From Callorhinchus milii (lineage: Eukaryota): DNA of 64,000 bases. The translations under genes and the position numbers were made by a program. The stretch lies in contig NW_024704742.1 of the NCBI RefSeq assembly GCF_018977255.1, positions 21,888,001 through 21,952,000 of the forward strand. The letters run 5' to 3'. Positions 1 through 14,600 of this stretch are shown here, in pieces; the stretch's first letter is position 1, and each line of letters starts with the position of its first letter. The notes beneath the pieces are model-generated. The model was given only the letters and a program-made list of their open reading frames with translations, did no database searches and had not been told where the DNA came from.

Positions 1-121
1 TGGCTGCTACGTTTCCCTCACAAAATATACAGTCAATTCACTTTACAGTATATTCTGTGAAGCGCTTTAACACGTCTCGAAGATGTAAAGTGCTATATCA
101 AATGCAAGAATTATTATTATT
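1..121 (+). mobile_element. DeuSINE 3' portion, cut by the window edge
   Basis: tggctgc...cagtcaattcactttacagta...aatgcaag(att)n tail. Confidence 0.8.
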
Positions 122-283
122 TGATTCTTTGTCTATACTTGCATGAATTTGGGGTTTTAAAAATAAGGGAGAATCCTGTGTAAATATAATGTTCCCATCC
201 TTCCAGAAAACCTCATTAGCTTCAGGCTGACAAGTGACACGGTTAGTTTGGGAGGAAAGATTAAGCCAATCATTGAATCTCAT

Positions 284-790
284 ATAATAATAATCCTTAG
301 ATCTGTGCCTTTCACTTTGGCAGAGTGTATCACAGGTTATAATATAAAGTGCCATGACTATTTTGTGAGTCAATGTGGCAGCCAATTTGCACACAGCAAT
401 ATCCCACAAACAGGTATGAAGTGAGTAACCAATTTTATTTGGGGCATCGTCGGCTAGTACATTGGGAGAAACTCCCTTCTCTTTTCGAATAGTGCCATTT
501 AACATCCACTTGAACAGCCAGATGGGATCTCGGTTTAATGTTACATCTGAAGTACGGCACCTCTGACATTGCAGCCCCACCCCCTCCCCACCCGTGCCCC
601 CAGCATCTTAGACTGTGCGATTCCAAGTTCCAACATGGGGCTTGAACCCACAACCATCTGACTCAGAGGTTAATCCAATCAGGGAGAGGGAATCTCGATT
701 CAACGCCTCGTCTGAAGGACGGCACTTCCAATGCAACACAACCTTCAGCCCTGCATTGGTGTGTCAGTCTAGACTATGAGTACCAAAGTG
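284..790 (-). mobile_element. SacSINE1-like DeuSINE (type A) plus a partial second copy
   Basis: Reverse-complement similarity to 14217-14665, including head and Deu domain. Confidence 0.75.
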
Positions 791-1119
791 TAAAACCCTG
801 ATTACAAGAGGGGTTTGAACAGAGAAGGCATCAGGAAAATTATTGTGTGCCTGGGTGCTTATCTGAAATGGTAGACAAGTCTCTCATCTGAGTTTGATCC
901 TGTACTTGCTCAACATCCTTACATGCACGCTGTTGCAAGAGGTAAATTATGCAGAAGACTCTTTAAGACAACCACTCAAATTAAAAATGCAGAAGTAAGT
1001 GGGATGCCATTTTTCTGACAGGTTGTGCGGATTCCCAGTTTTATTGTAACCAATGCCAAGCTGCGACCGATGATTGGCACTGTTGAGAGCTAATTAACTT
1101 AACCCATTTGACACAAGAG

Positions 1120-1605
1120 GTGTCAGCCTGCCTCAGTTAGTCTCACACTTTTAAGTCAAAAGGTTATGTGTTCAAGCCAATTGCCAGAATCGTTGAGCTC
1201 ACAGGTTTACATTGATGCTGGGGGAGCACAGCATTGTTGGATGAGATGTAAAATGAGGTTCTCTCTGACTGTTTACATGGACATTGAAGATGTTATATGA
1301 GAAGGGAGTGGCACAGCCAAAAATCCTCCAGTTAAATTGTCATTCACTTCATGATTGTTGTGGGGCATTATTGTGTACAAAATGTTTGCCTCATCTGTCT
1401 ACAATTCTAAAGGATAGAGGGATTAAGGGATATGGCGATAGGACGGGTAAATGGAATTAGGTTAGAAGATGAGCCATGATCTTATTAAATGGTGGGCAGG
1501 CTCGAGGGGCCAAATGGCCTACTCCTGCTCCTACGACTTATGGTATTATGGTCAAATACACAGTCCCTGCAGTCGCCAATTGTCTGTGGAGCACTTTGAG
1601 ATGAA
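1120..1605 (+). mobile_element. Degenerate type A DeuSINE interrupted by a CR1 LINE 3' end (about 1408-1550)
   Basis: SINE head gtgtcagcctgcctcagt; insert has the CR1-type end ...ggctcgaggggccaaatggcctactcctgctcct...; SINE tail resumes near 1552. Confidence 0.7.
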
Positions 1606-3544
1606 ATTCTAAATTTTGGTACAGCATTACAAGAATTATTATCTGAGTCATTGATTCAATTTGACAAGGCAGCCCTGGGACACAGCTCTTAGCCACCCTT
1701 TATTTGGGAATCAAATGCTTGCTTACTGTGAGTAACTTCACTTTATTTAGGTGACCTTCTTTTGTGCCATGTGATTTTTCTCACTATTACAAATTCTAGT
1801 AATGAATAATGCGCTTGAATAATTAAGAGAAATGAGCCAAGCAGTTGTGGTATTTTATGGATGGAGGTGAAAGTGAGAGAGAGAGAGAGAGACGTCAGAG
1901 TTCCTCAATTCCAGAAATGTATTTCAGTTAGATTATTGGGTGAAGAACAACAACATTTATTATAACGTCCTTCACGCGGGGTTGTGTCTCAGAGCGCTTA
2001 AACTGGAACAACTGGCCAAACTTTGCACAATTTGTGCACCCCATCATTGTTAAGGCACCAATTGCTAAACTTGGTGTTTGTATATTCCTTGAGTGATTCT
2101 TTGCAATCAAGCCATCAAGTCTTATTTCGTCCTCAAACAAGAGGCAGCTCTGAAGTTAGAATGAAGGTCCACAGAGGGTAGGATGATGATGTGGCCATTT
2201 AAGACAACAAAACATGGCCATGGTGTGCTGATTTGAAGGTTTGCTCCCCCGCCCACCCCACTAAAACCTTAATCTTGTATTGTAGCAATTACAGTTCAGA
2301 CAGATTGGACCCACTGAGCCTATAATGGTGTAAATACATCCACTGGAACTCTCCATTCTAATTCCAGTTCCATGTACTTTCACTGCATATGTTTCATCCT
2401 TAATCTTGTTGTGAGAGTTTGGTGAGGAAGTCCAGAAAATCTATTCTGCAAGCAGAACTTGTATATCTGCTGATGGTTGGGACACAAATATCCACACCGG
2501 CAAAATCATGGGAGCTGATTGCACATGTATGTAAAATAAACCAACAAAAAAAATTGTGGGTAATTGTATAATCCTTTTCATTGGTTATTGCATTAATATA
2601 TTGACGATTGCCCACAACACACAGTCACTGCACTTTACAGTATATCCTGTGAAGCTCTTTGGGACATTCCCTCCCTTGACATGAAAGGCGCTATATCAAA
2701 CATAAGTATTATTATTACATAAGTATCAAACGTAAGGATTATTATTACATAACTCAATGTATCTGTAGTTCCCTTTGTACACATAGTTAACATGACTTGG
2801 AAATTGGACTTATCTTATTTGCAATTTTTTTGGAGGGCGGACGGAGGGGAAAAAATATCTGTATTGACCAGGTGCCTGAAGTAAATAGTTGCTTGTTATC
2901 TACATCCGTCATTCAACGTCCGACAGAGAAAGAAAGGCATGTTGATAGTGAAGGTAAATATGGACAAGGGAAAAATCCCAATGAAGAGAGGAATGACAGT
3001 TCTTCAGGGCTGGTATTCCTCTCTCTGGGATTTTCCCATGTCCCCATTGTGACCTTTGATAGGTGTCCTTTGATATGTCTCGTTATTCTGTTTGCAATAA
3101 TGGCATTTGCAGATCACAATTTAGTTTAGAATTTTATTTAAGTGAACAATGCTCCTAAATATGCCTTCACTAAATTGTGGGGGGAAAAAAGGGGGAAAGA
3201 GATGAATCCAAAATCAAATCTTTAATGGCCCAAAACAAATGGGCTACCATGTTTGCTTATAAATACAGTCGTTACACTTCACAGTAAATCCTGTGAAGCA
3301 CATTGAGACATTTCAAGTATGTGATGAGGAACTATATCAAATGGAATGATTGTTATTGTTAAAAACCCAAATTATGCTGAAATACTGAGACAATCCAGGT
3401 TTGTTTTCAAGCCATAATGTTGTGGATGTTGGAATAAGTAATTTTGCCATCCTTCTGTTCTTGACCTGCGTACAGCAGGAGAAATGGGAACCAATAGCCC
3501 ATGATTTTTTAAAAAATCTTTCTCAAATGGGAGCACGCTTCAAT

Positions 3545-3922
3545 AAAATAATCATTGCGTTTGATGTACTGCCTTTCGTACTGGGAAGATGGTCTCAGAG
3601 GACATTATATGAAGTGGAGTGTTTTTTGGGTGAATGTCCCACTAACGGCCGTAACATGAAGACCAATTTTATCTGGGGGATTGTTCACCAAGGAGAAACT
3701 CCCTTCTCGTTTCGAGTACTGCCATGGAATCTTTAACGCCCAACTGACCAGGCATTTGGGACCTTGGGTTTAATGTCTCATCTGAAGGACGGCAATAAAG
3801 CTCACCCCTCGCACTGTGTTGGAGTGTCAGCCGAGACTATATGAGTTCAAAGTGCCAACGTGATGCTTGAACCCACAGCATTCTGACTCAGGGGAGAGTG
3901 CTTCCAATTGAGCCAGACCGGC
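3545..3922 (-). mobile_element. Type A DeuSINE
   Basis: Reverse complement of type A head, Deu domain and tail. Confidence 0.75.
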
Positions 3923-4061
3923 TACTAATAATTCTACTGTAAGATCAGAAAGAAGATGTCTAAACCTTTCTGACCTGGGGTATGAACTGTGTCTGTTATT
4001 TCAGTGCAAGCGTGCAGGAATTCTATGGGTTACTTGAAGTGTGTTTTTTTCCCTTCTGTAG

Positions 4062-4234
4062 TCCCTGAGGAAGATGGAGGAAAATCCTTCCAGTGTCCAA
4101 TATGTGGCCTGGTTATAAAACGCAAGAGCTACTGGAAGAGGCACATGGTGATTCACACTGGGTTAAAGAGTCACCAGTGCCCCCTCTGTCCCTTCCGCTG
4201 TGCCCGCAAGGATAATCTGAAATCACACATGAAG
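4062..4234 (+). CDS. ZNF827: ZNF827 exon A: first C2H2 finger and most of the second ([14 protein letters not shown]...KSHMK)
   Basis: Acceptor cttctgtag ends at 4061; donor AAG|gtacaa at 4235; phase 1 to 0. Confidence 0.93.
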
Positions 4235-5640
4235 GTACAAGGAAGTGATATTGTTTCATCAATCATTTTATTTTAATTGAAAAGTGTTCTTGATATTGAG
4301 GGGGAAATATCACTCTGGGAGAATTCTTAAAGTTCCCATATTGGGGTTTCTTGTATAGGAGGAAATTAAAGTGTCGAATGGTAATTAACTGCATTTGTGG
4401 TGGCAGAAACCAAGCTCCCCCACACCTACCTACCTTTTCAGTGCTGTTACTGTTCTCTAGATGTTTGAGTTAATGACCTATAGCCTTCATCTGTGGAATT
4501 AAAATATTCAGTTCACTAGTGGTTTCTAGACGAGGTGGTGCCCAGTGAAACTGAAACGTGCCCGTTCACATGTTCCATGTGCCAATATAAAGGAATTCAA
4601 CTCTTAATGAATTCAGATTAAGAGGTGTTGTATTTGGACACTATAGATGTATAATATCTGGTTGTTTCTAACTTGTTAAGTAGCTCCTATTCCTTTACTT
4701 GGAACAGAATTGGGCTCCCAGATCTGCTCTTTAATGTTGACCCCTTTGGTCTGTTAATATCGGCTATTGCAAAGAGGTGGTGAAAAATCCTGGGCTTTAT
4801 TCACAGCTGGATTTTTTAAATTTTTTATAGCTGTGACCTGAATCTGCAACTACAGAACTCTGATTTGCGTTTCTATTCCACTGTGATTTTGGCCGGTTCT
4901 GCACTTGGAATGCTAAACCGAAATGAGCAGCGGTGGAAAAATTGTTGCCATTAGGATTAGTTTAAATTATTAAAATTGGCTTAATTAAGTGGTTGCTTAG
5001 CCTTTAACTATGCATCGTGCAAAATCAAAGTGTTCCCTGATAACAAGAGCCGCTTGCAATGTGAATCGTGGACTTGCTGTCTGGGTAGATCAGGCAGTGT
5101 AAACGTGTTCACGTGTAAAGTGCGTCGAGGTAAATTGTTTATACCTGCAGACAACGATACAGTGCGAATGACTGCAGATAGTCCAGGGAAAAGACCATGA
5201 AGTCAAGTCCTGTGAGTTTCCCTCCCCAGAGAACTCAGATTCTGTGGTTCTGCATTTGGGTTAAAGGACAGACGTGGGGAACTCTGGAGTTGTGGGTGCA
5301 ATTGGTCCCAGTCAGCGAACGGCCCTGTGGGCTGTAGGATATGAGTGTCTGTCCGTTTTTTCCCCCACTATCATGCTTTCGGCAGTGCTGCTATTGAGGA
5401 GGTTGTTGGGGGAGGAGGAGGGGAAGGAACCATTTAAATAAACGAAAATCTGAACAATCATGAGAGAAACAAGCTACCAGTTGCACTACCTCACATTTAG
5501 TGATCTTTAGCTTGTATATTGTTCTCTCCTTTCCAAAAGAACACTATTGATGCTGTTGTGACCCTGTTAGTGTTATAAACTAAGGAGAATTCTCTTGCCG
5601 TGTTGTACGATATCACACAGAATTAAGACAGCAGCAGCCC

Positions 5641-5671
<31 letters not shown>

Positions 5672-8600
5672 CAATTAGGAAAAAATGCATTTGTAGGTGA
5701 TGTACATTGAGTAATGGCTGTGAGCTTGTTATAAAACTGTGTCTGTCGTACACTCCAGTTCAAACCACGTTTTCTCAACCCTGTTGCGTTTTGACCTTGT
5801 TTGACCCCTCCCACAGCCCTGGTAGTGCTCCCAGCCATCTGTTGTTTTCTATGTAATAGATTTGTCTCTTTTTTTAATTGATTGCACAAAATTAGAAGAC
5901 GTGTCATCTTGGTAATTCTTTTAAAACGCGAATGATGTGCTCTGCTGGGGTCGGCATGACTGGATTACAAGCGATATACTTTAGTGAGCAGTAGTGCTGG
6001 AGTTTAAGACGGCATGATGTTTTTTAACAAAGCAACTAATGATATAAGCACAAAAGAAATGCTGGACGAAAAAAGGCCAAGGTCCACCTAGTTCACCTTC
6101 CTGACGGTCGTGTGCACATATGTCCCAAACTACCTATGTATTCGATCCCGTAATGTTATTTCCTAAAAGCAAACTATCTAATCTGTGTTTGAAAGAATCA
6201 ACACTTCACGATGATTTTAAGTTACTGCATTTGATCTTTGCCGTTAGTAGTTTCCTTCCTCTCCCCCCCCCCCCCCACCCGCCCCCCCGCCCGCCCCCGC
6301 CGCCCGCCCACCACCATCACCACCAAAAGGGTATCCTGTTTGACATGTGCGGGGCACGTTACCGGGGCAGGGGAGTGGAGGAGGGTGGGGGGGGCGGAGG
6401 AGCGAGTAAGGCAAAGGTTCACATCTGAAGCTTTTATCCTGCTCTCTTGTTCCCTTTTCAAACAACTCTGTCCAATCAGCAGGTTCACCAGCACCAGGAC
6501 AGAGGGGAAACCTTCCACTGCGAACTTTGCCCCTTCACCTCGTCTCGCCATTTCAGTTTAAAGCTCCACATGCGCTGTCATCAGCACTTTCCAAGAACAG
6601 AGGTGAAGGTCAAAGAGGAGATTACGGAGACTGAGGTTGAAAGGTCACTTTTTAACGAGGCGGCCGAAAAGAGAAAACAGGGGATAGAATTACTTGGAAA
6701 CCCATTAAAAATTCAGGACGTTCTTTTGTCTGAAATGGTAGAAAATTACAAGGAGACTGTTATTCTTCCACCGAAACCAGTTAAAGAGGAACCCAGAGAT
6801 CTGAATGTGGCCCGTGTGTCAGTACCAGCTGGTCATGTGTTTGGCAAAGGGCCAGAAGCAATACAGGAGGATGGACGAGAGTCTCGGGAGCCGTGTGAGC
6901 TCACAGCCACTCACAAAGTGCACCCCTTTAGCCAAGATATTTCTGCAAAAACAGCGACAGATTTTCTTCTGAAATTATCAGGTACTTCGCTTCTCTGTCA
7001 CCATCCTTTTGTCTGTCTGTCTCTTTCCTTGCTCTAACACTTGTTTCCACTTACTGTAACATTGCTTCTGTGTTTACAGCCGATGGTTGTTTTTAACCCT
7101 TTCAGGACGGCAGTACGATTTCTGCTTTTTGTTTTTTAAAACAAATGTCTCCGCAGTATCTGGGGGTGATTTTCCCCTTCCCCTGGTGGCGTTACCTCCC
7201 AAACCTGCATTTGTATATGAGGTGCAAATGGAGATGCAGCCGAGTTCTTACACTGTCTGCATGAGGTTTCAACAACAACAACAACAAGATTCCATTTATA
7301 GAGCGCGTTTCACGTCGGGAGGACGTCCCAAGGCGCTGGACAGTTGGGTCAGGACCCGAGCATTGGGGGGAAATGGTAAGGGGTGAGGGGAGGGAGGGAG
7401 CGAGGAGGGGGTAGAGAGTCGAGAGGGGAGCTGAAGGCACGGTCAAAGAGAAAGGTCTTGAGACCGACCTTGAAGGAGGAAAGTTTCAGCCACAGTGCCA
7501 CTCGTTCATACGCCACAGTGTATATGAGGCATTGGGCTCCTATCCTGTGATCAGTTTGACAATCCCAGGGCATCTATTAAGGTGCCCAGGAACTGTAAAT
7601 GATTGAGCTTTTTTTTCTGCTGTTAAAACAGTTTATCCTGACTTTGGTGTTTTGTGGTGCATTTGGGCAGAACTCTTGTGGGATGTTGGTTTTAGATTCT
7701 TTCATGGACCTCTTTTTCCTTTCTTCCCACCGCCCCCCCCCCCCCCCCGGCCCCCACCTTCCGCTCCCCAATCGATACGGTGCTTCTAGCAATATAATCG
7801 CAGTACAAACACTAAAACCCGGTTCTGAGAGTTTTATACATATTAGGGCATGAGGACAGATAGAGGTGGGCTCTTCTTGGTCACCACAGAAAGAGAAAGG
7901 AAGAAGACGTCCAGTCAAACCGTGCGTGATGCTTTTGCAAAGTGGCACACGGGAACATTAAAACATTGGGATCCAACCAGATGTTTAAATGTGGAAAATG
8001 TGATTACAATTTATCTGGAAATGCCAGAGCCTGGAGACACCCTTGCATCATCATTCTCAATGGCAACATCCTCGAAGCCTGGTGGTGCATTGTGACACTT
8101 GAGTCCCAACTAACAGGGAGAGACCAGGGGGTGGTGGTGGGTGGGGAGAAACAAATCGAGAACGGTCTCGATCCATTAAGCAGCGCTCCCAGGAGAGGCA
8201 CTGGCTGAGGAGATTCTCGATTGTGCGTGTGGAAGAAATGGTAAGTTTCATGATGAGCGGACTTGATAGAATGGGGAGAAAAATAACTTGAATTGTAAGG
8301 TGGGGGCACACACAGCTCTCTCGTGGAGAATTGGCAGCAGAAGTAAAGATCTTATTTCTCCAACTTCAGTTATCAGTATGGCAGTGGCACAATGGGATTA
8401 GGACAGTTTCAGCTGGAGCACTTCAGAACAAAAATACTTGATTCCTTTCTCTTTCCCTACCTCCCATCACTATCTGCATCAGTGTTATAAATAGAAATTA
8501 ATCTTTCCATCAATGTAAAAGGATGTGTATCCATTTGTTATTTCATCGCTTGTTAACTCTTCGGTCATTATTGCAGGACTGGCCATGTTCTCTGTTTTTG

Positions 8601-11600
8601 ACTTGATTTTGCTTAAATAGCTGTAATTTCAGTAGAGAACGTGTTTAAATCCCAGAAACCCAGATTTGTGATATTCTTGCAAATCTGTTTTATAGGTTTT
8701 GCGATTCATTGACGGTTTAAAAAAACATGCTTAGGCCAAGACGGACAAAATTCTGGAAAACCTACCAGTCCTTAAATTTATAAGAAGCTGTAAATTCAAC
8801 CCAGTCTCACTCTATTTTAAGATTATTGTACCTTGGTGACCAACTGCTTGGATCTGGGGCATACAGTATAGTGCCTTCTGTGTTGCAGTGCCTCAGGTGC
8901 TGACCTGTAACCAGTTGTGATAGATGGGACCAATTTACGAGTTCCATATAGCATCTGGACCAGCACAGGAACTGTATAGACTAAGCAACTCCAGTCTAAG
9001 CCCCTGCTGTATAATGCAATATAGAGCTACTGATTTCTGCAGTCTCTCAATTTTCAATGCGTGTTGGGGTTTAAATCTATTTCTTTAAAAAAAACTGGTC
9101 ACTGCAATCCACGACTGTTTGTGGGACACTACTGTTGTAGTGTCCTGTTGTATTGGCTGCAGCATTTCACCCACAGAATATACAGTCAATTTACTTTACA
9201 GTATATTCCGTGAAGCGCTTTGATATGTTTCGAAGACGTGATAAGGCGCTATAGCAAATGCAAGGATTATGATTATTATTAAATCTGGCCGATGCACCAG
9301 TCACTACTAACTGATTTGAGCAGACGCTGAGGCAAACTTTCGCTCTGCATTGAACATCTAGAATTTTTTTTTCACTTTTGGATATTCATCCGTAATATCC
9401 GCTTTCAAGAAAATCAGTGCGGATCTTATTAGCATCAGTGAGAGAATTGCGTGCAGGGCCACCCATTTGAAACCGTGAGAGAGTCTCCCTACTGAGCTAG
9501 ATTAAGAACTTGCATACCTCTTACATTTACTTCTTCATTGGGATTTTAATGAGGGGCGGGAAGATAAATTACAACGAATGTTAATTGGTGAATAAATTTT
9601 CTCAATCACCCCAATCCCAGCACTTGAAACCTGCCCCATCAGTACGCCAGGTAAATGCATTGCCTCGTGTGGCACTTGCTCATTTAGTGCAGGTAGGTGT
9701 CATGTCTCTTGAGTTAGCTGAGGCAGCTATGGAGCTGCTACACTTGGTCTCTGAAACCCTGGGCTTGGGGTTATTGAAAATAAGCTTGTTCCTAATCGCC
9801 ATCTGCTGATTCTTCCTGGAAGTTTTGCTCAATGAGTGCATGAGGACAGGATCAAGCTGCATTGGGATGTCTTCGTGATTGAGTAGCCAGCCAACACTTG
9901 TATAAAAAATGTTAATGGGTGGCAGGTACAGGAGTGCAACTAAAGCCAGCACTTCCAGGAGATGTGCGGAGAAAGTTGTGCGGAATTGTTTTAGCAAAAG
10001 TGTTAAAAAGCTTGCTAAATTGAAGACTGAGTTTAAAAAGGTGATAGGTACAATACGCTATGCCAGACAGTGGTGAGATATGGATGCCTCATCTCACCAG
10101 GCAGTATCAGCTTGGTTTTACAAATGCTGTCGGAAAACCCCCAGGTTATATATTGCACGCCAGCATTTTGCTACTGTACGTCTAAACTCAATGATGTGCT
10201 GATGACCTACAGCATTTGTTTCAAAGATGAGCTTTTGATCCACCTGGGGATAAATCGCTATGTGGTATATTTTCTTCAGCCATTCTGACCAGGAAAACCC
10301 AAGGATCTGCTTTGCTAGCCAGGCTTAGTGAGGACACTACATTTGGTCTGTGTTCCTGATCAGGAGAGGACAATGCAAGCTGGATGATATTAACTGTCCA
10401 CTACATCAAGAATGTTTAGGCAAAGGCCTGTGTTGATAAACTTATTGTTCAATAGCTAACGACCATTAAAGTCACAGAATTAAAAACTTGAGTATTTTTG
10501 CTGGGTTTGGTGGGACTTTATTGGATTAGAAAATTGGGGGAGGAAAATTGTGACACAAAGAAGGCAACTGTGATAAAAATCGGGAGTTATTTTGGGATAC
10601 CGAAAACTGAACAAAACAAGCCAGACATTGCAAAAACATTTTTAAAAAATTCTCTTTCTTGCTCTTTGATTCACATTCTGTCTCTCTGAGTCTAATTTTC
10701 TGTCTTTTTATAAATCTGTAACATTGCTATTAACAAAAGTTAATATTAAAGACTTGCAACCAAATGAAATCCAAGTTTATAGGTGTATGTTCAAGGTGGG
10801 AATGCCTATATTAAGGTCATTAATCCCTTGTGTGCACAAAGTGATTCCCAATGTGATGTGCATCAATTCCCAGAAACTTGTGTGGACAGCACCCTGGGAG
10901 CTGACGGGGGGAAAACATGGTTAATTCATTTTTATTAATTATATGCTGGAGAAAATTATCTTTAGTGATTGACTTTCACCAAACAAAACAATATTGACCA
11001 GTAAAAATTGTTTAGAAGCCTACTTTACGTTCCTTATGCAGAGCACATCAGTCAGTACTCTCTGTTTAGGGTCAGGCAATGAGTACTGATGTGGGTTGTA
11101 AAAAAAATGGCCCTTTGGGCAAGATACTGTGTTAATACTTTCAGGAGAGGAATGATTTTGAACATAAATTCCCTGAAAATCAATACCTTACTAGATTAGT
11201 TCTATAGAATGGATTGGTAGAAAATGTACTGTTTCTTGCAGCGTAGCCAACATCGTTCAATTCTATTAATGTGTTTGCTCTTTGAAATAACAGCTGCAAA
11301 CCAAAGGGGGGAATTAACTCCAAAGCTTGCATCTAAAGATGAGCCTAAAGACAGGGAGCTCCTTGATCCTATACTGTCACCACGCTGTGGCTACCAGTTT
11401 GGCAGTGAACCTCCCACAATGGAGGAGCCACCTGAGAGGTTAAAGAAGACATCAGAAGGTGCATCTGCGTCAGAACTGTTCAGCCAGGACATTTCTTGTA
11501 AGGTGGCATCAGAACTGCTGTTTAAGCTATCAGGTATAGTTTCTAGCCTTGAGTTGCATTTCATTGTGCCCCATTTGTTGTGATGAATAAACTTTTATTT

Positions 11601-14600
11601 TTTGTTTGAAACAAATGCTTTGTTGAACAACGGAGACAGAAAACCATGCGATATGTTGTTAATATTGCCTGGTTCAACTTCCGGGTTTCCCTTCCTCCAC
11701 CAGAGTGTAGCATTTGTTTATTGTGCTGTTAATTTATTAGACCTTGACTGCAAATGGTAGCGTAAAATGTGTGGCTGGAATTCAGTCCATGTTTGTAAAT
11801 GCCTTTCTTTTCTCAACCCTTTCTTTCCCTCCTCCCCACTCCCCCACAGCTTCACTAGCTGTGGGATTACTTTTGTAAATGTCACCCTACAATCTGTTCA
11901 CATGGCCTGTCTGTATCTATAAGAAGTAATGCATCACCTTGATAAACCTTTAACCTGAGAATTTCGCTACATTTAACCAGCAAGGTTTTATTTTGCCTTT
12001 GTTCAGTGGCTTGTTTCAGAAAATTGATACCGGTAGACATTGCAGCTTCTTTGAGTGAAAATACCAATTAGCACCAAATTAGGGACAGTTCTGTGTTGTG
12101 GTCCATGCCCAATAGGAACTCCGCAACCTGCCAACAATCATTTAACAAGGGTTCCCAACAGCCGAGCAAGACTTTCATCCCATCAATCTCAGCTAACTTC
12201 AAACCCATGTCACAGAGGTGAAAGGGCAGTGGGTTAAGGCAGAGCATTGCCCAGTTCATTGCCCAAGGGCTCTCTAAATGTTCTTTTTGGTTGAGCACTT
12301 ACTGTCTCCTCAATACACTAAAACTAGTGTTTTTTAAAATGCTAGCTGGATCAGTGGGGGGTGGCGGGGAGATCCGATCTGGTCCGGTGAGCTGGAATTT
12401 CCGGCTAAGTGTAATTACAGTGCTTTACTGGCTTTTTTCAGTGCTGACGGTAACGGCATTGTAATTGTTTGAACTCCGAGAACAGAGGATAGCGAATAAG
12501 CTTATCTTCTGCTCGTGGGATTCAAACTGAGTCAAAGGGATATCTCTGGCCACTGAAGGGCATCCATGCAGCACGATGAGGTGTGGGGGAAAGCTAGAAG
12601 AGTGAGCCGCAGATACGTGGATAGAGAGTGGTTCTGCGGATTTTTTAAAATTAAAATTCGGTTTCAGGCCAGGTCCAGCTAGGTACAAATTCCAGACACC
12701 TGGTGTACAGTTTGGTGAGCCAGGGAGTTAAGGTAACTATTAGAATTTTGTAGGAATTGATTAATGTCTTTCTCTCATTAGTATCTTGTTTTTTTTGGGC
12801 ATTGCGTGATAGTCAGATCAAATATATAACACTGAGGTTTAAATATTGTTGTGGAAGTTCATGCTTTAACCATATATTTTGTTTGGCCATTGACACTGCT
12901 GTAACATCAGATTCTGCTTTTACATTAATAACAATATTTAGTCGCTCAATCCACGTCTGTTTGTGGGACACTGCTGTGCGCAATTGACTGCTGGGTTTCG
13001 CTCACAAAATATACAATCAATTCACATTACAGTATATTCTGTGAAGCACTTTGAGACATCTCAAAGACGTGATAAAGCGCTATATCAAATGCAAGGATTA
13101 TTATTATTATAACCTTGCCTCTGCAGCAGATTGTAGCCTGGTTTCCTGGCTCCGAATCTGCTCATACCTTACACACTAGTTGCCTCTCCATTCAGGAGAT
13201 GCAATTTATGCTGAAAAGCCAAAGTTACCAAGGGACTCTTGATTCATGGTGTAAATTTGTGTTGACGTTGAGAGGTTTGCAAATTCCTGAACCACCAGCT
13301 TCCTGTTTTGTGTGATCTCTGCTAGCCAGATAACAATACTGGATATGTGAGAAAAGCCTGGAGCAAAAGTGCCCTTTTTCTCTTTTAGGGAACTTGTCTC
13401 CCTGTCTCTGCCATTGCTGTCTGAATAGCATAAATTACATAACATGAATAAATCCTAATGACTGTTCTTAATCATGCAAACTGTTTAATGTCACCGTGAT
13501 GCTTACCTATGGTTTGAGGTCAAGACAAGGCGGGTGTTAAAGACAGACTCTTGAGTTCAGGGAGATTACTGAAAGTTCTGATTCTCTCGGAACTCCAGGA
13601 CTGCTGCACAAAGTCCTCTAATTTAAAACATTGTTAACTTTTAATCAACCCCATAAATTGCTTTAGCACATGCCAGACTATTGTACTTCTTTTTTAATTC
13701 GAGTGAGAAGCTTCCTGTTTATTCTCCATTTTAAAAATGAGCAAAAGTAAATTCTAAACATCATTTCCTAAGCTTAGTCCGTGACTGACTAAAATCTAAC
13801 AGTCGTGGGTTGTTTATTTTCTTCAACCTTAAGAACGTGGATATTTTGGTGGGATTTTGCAGCTCATTGTAACACTAACACTCGAGAGTTGCTGTTGCAA
13901 TTGTCCCACAGAACAAAAGGCTGCAGGTTAACTGCTTCCCTCACACAATTCCTGCTCCTATCTTGCAGCTCTAGAGGTGCCCAGAGATCCCAGGAATGAT
14001 CCAGTATGGGTCATTGGATAGTCATTTGGAGCAGAGCAGGACGTTTGTCTGCCTGATTCTTTTTTCTCTCTCCTTTTTCTCTCTCACTCGGATCAAGTCA
14101 ACGTTTCCTAATTCATTCTGTATGTGAAGGATAAATAAATTAATACAAATATTAGTTTAACCTTCCTTTGGTGTGGACTTGTTCATTCTTTGAAGGTAGT
14201 CTACACACTGCCATTAGGGTCAGCCTGGCTCAGTTGGCAGTACTCTCGCCTCCGAGTCAGAAGGTTGCAGGTTCAAGTCTGGACAAGTAGTCTAGACTGA
14301 CACTCCAATACAGTGCTGGGGGGTGTGGGGGGGAGACTGCATTGTTGGAGATGCTGACCTTCGGATGAGATGTTGAACCGAGGTCCTGTCTGCCTGTTCA
14401 GGTGGACATTAAAGATCCCATGGCGCTTCTCAAAAAGGGAAGGGAGTTTTCCCCAGTATTCTGGCCAAAAATTCCACTTACCCCCACACCCCCCCCACCT
14501 GATCAAATTGGTCATTCACTTCATCACTGTTGTGGGGTATTGCTCTGGGGTATTGGCTGCCAATACTTCAGTCATTACATTTCATGCTAAATCTTGTGGA

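Noticed and set aside
6120..6561. Overlapping Pro/His/Gly-rich ORFs
   Set aside because: Produced by C- and G-homopolymer tracts, with no domain or splice support
9680..9997. 105-aa minus-strand ORF in a coding-like intronic stretch
   Set aside because: No recognisable domain or splice structure; it may be a decayed transposon, but that needs a database search
12330..12732. GC-richer block ending gggagttaa, possibly a piggyBac-like or other MITE
   Set aside because: No matching TIR or TSD pair found
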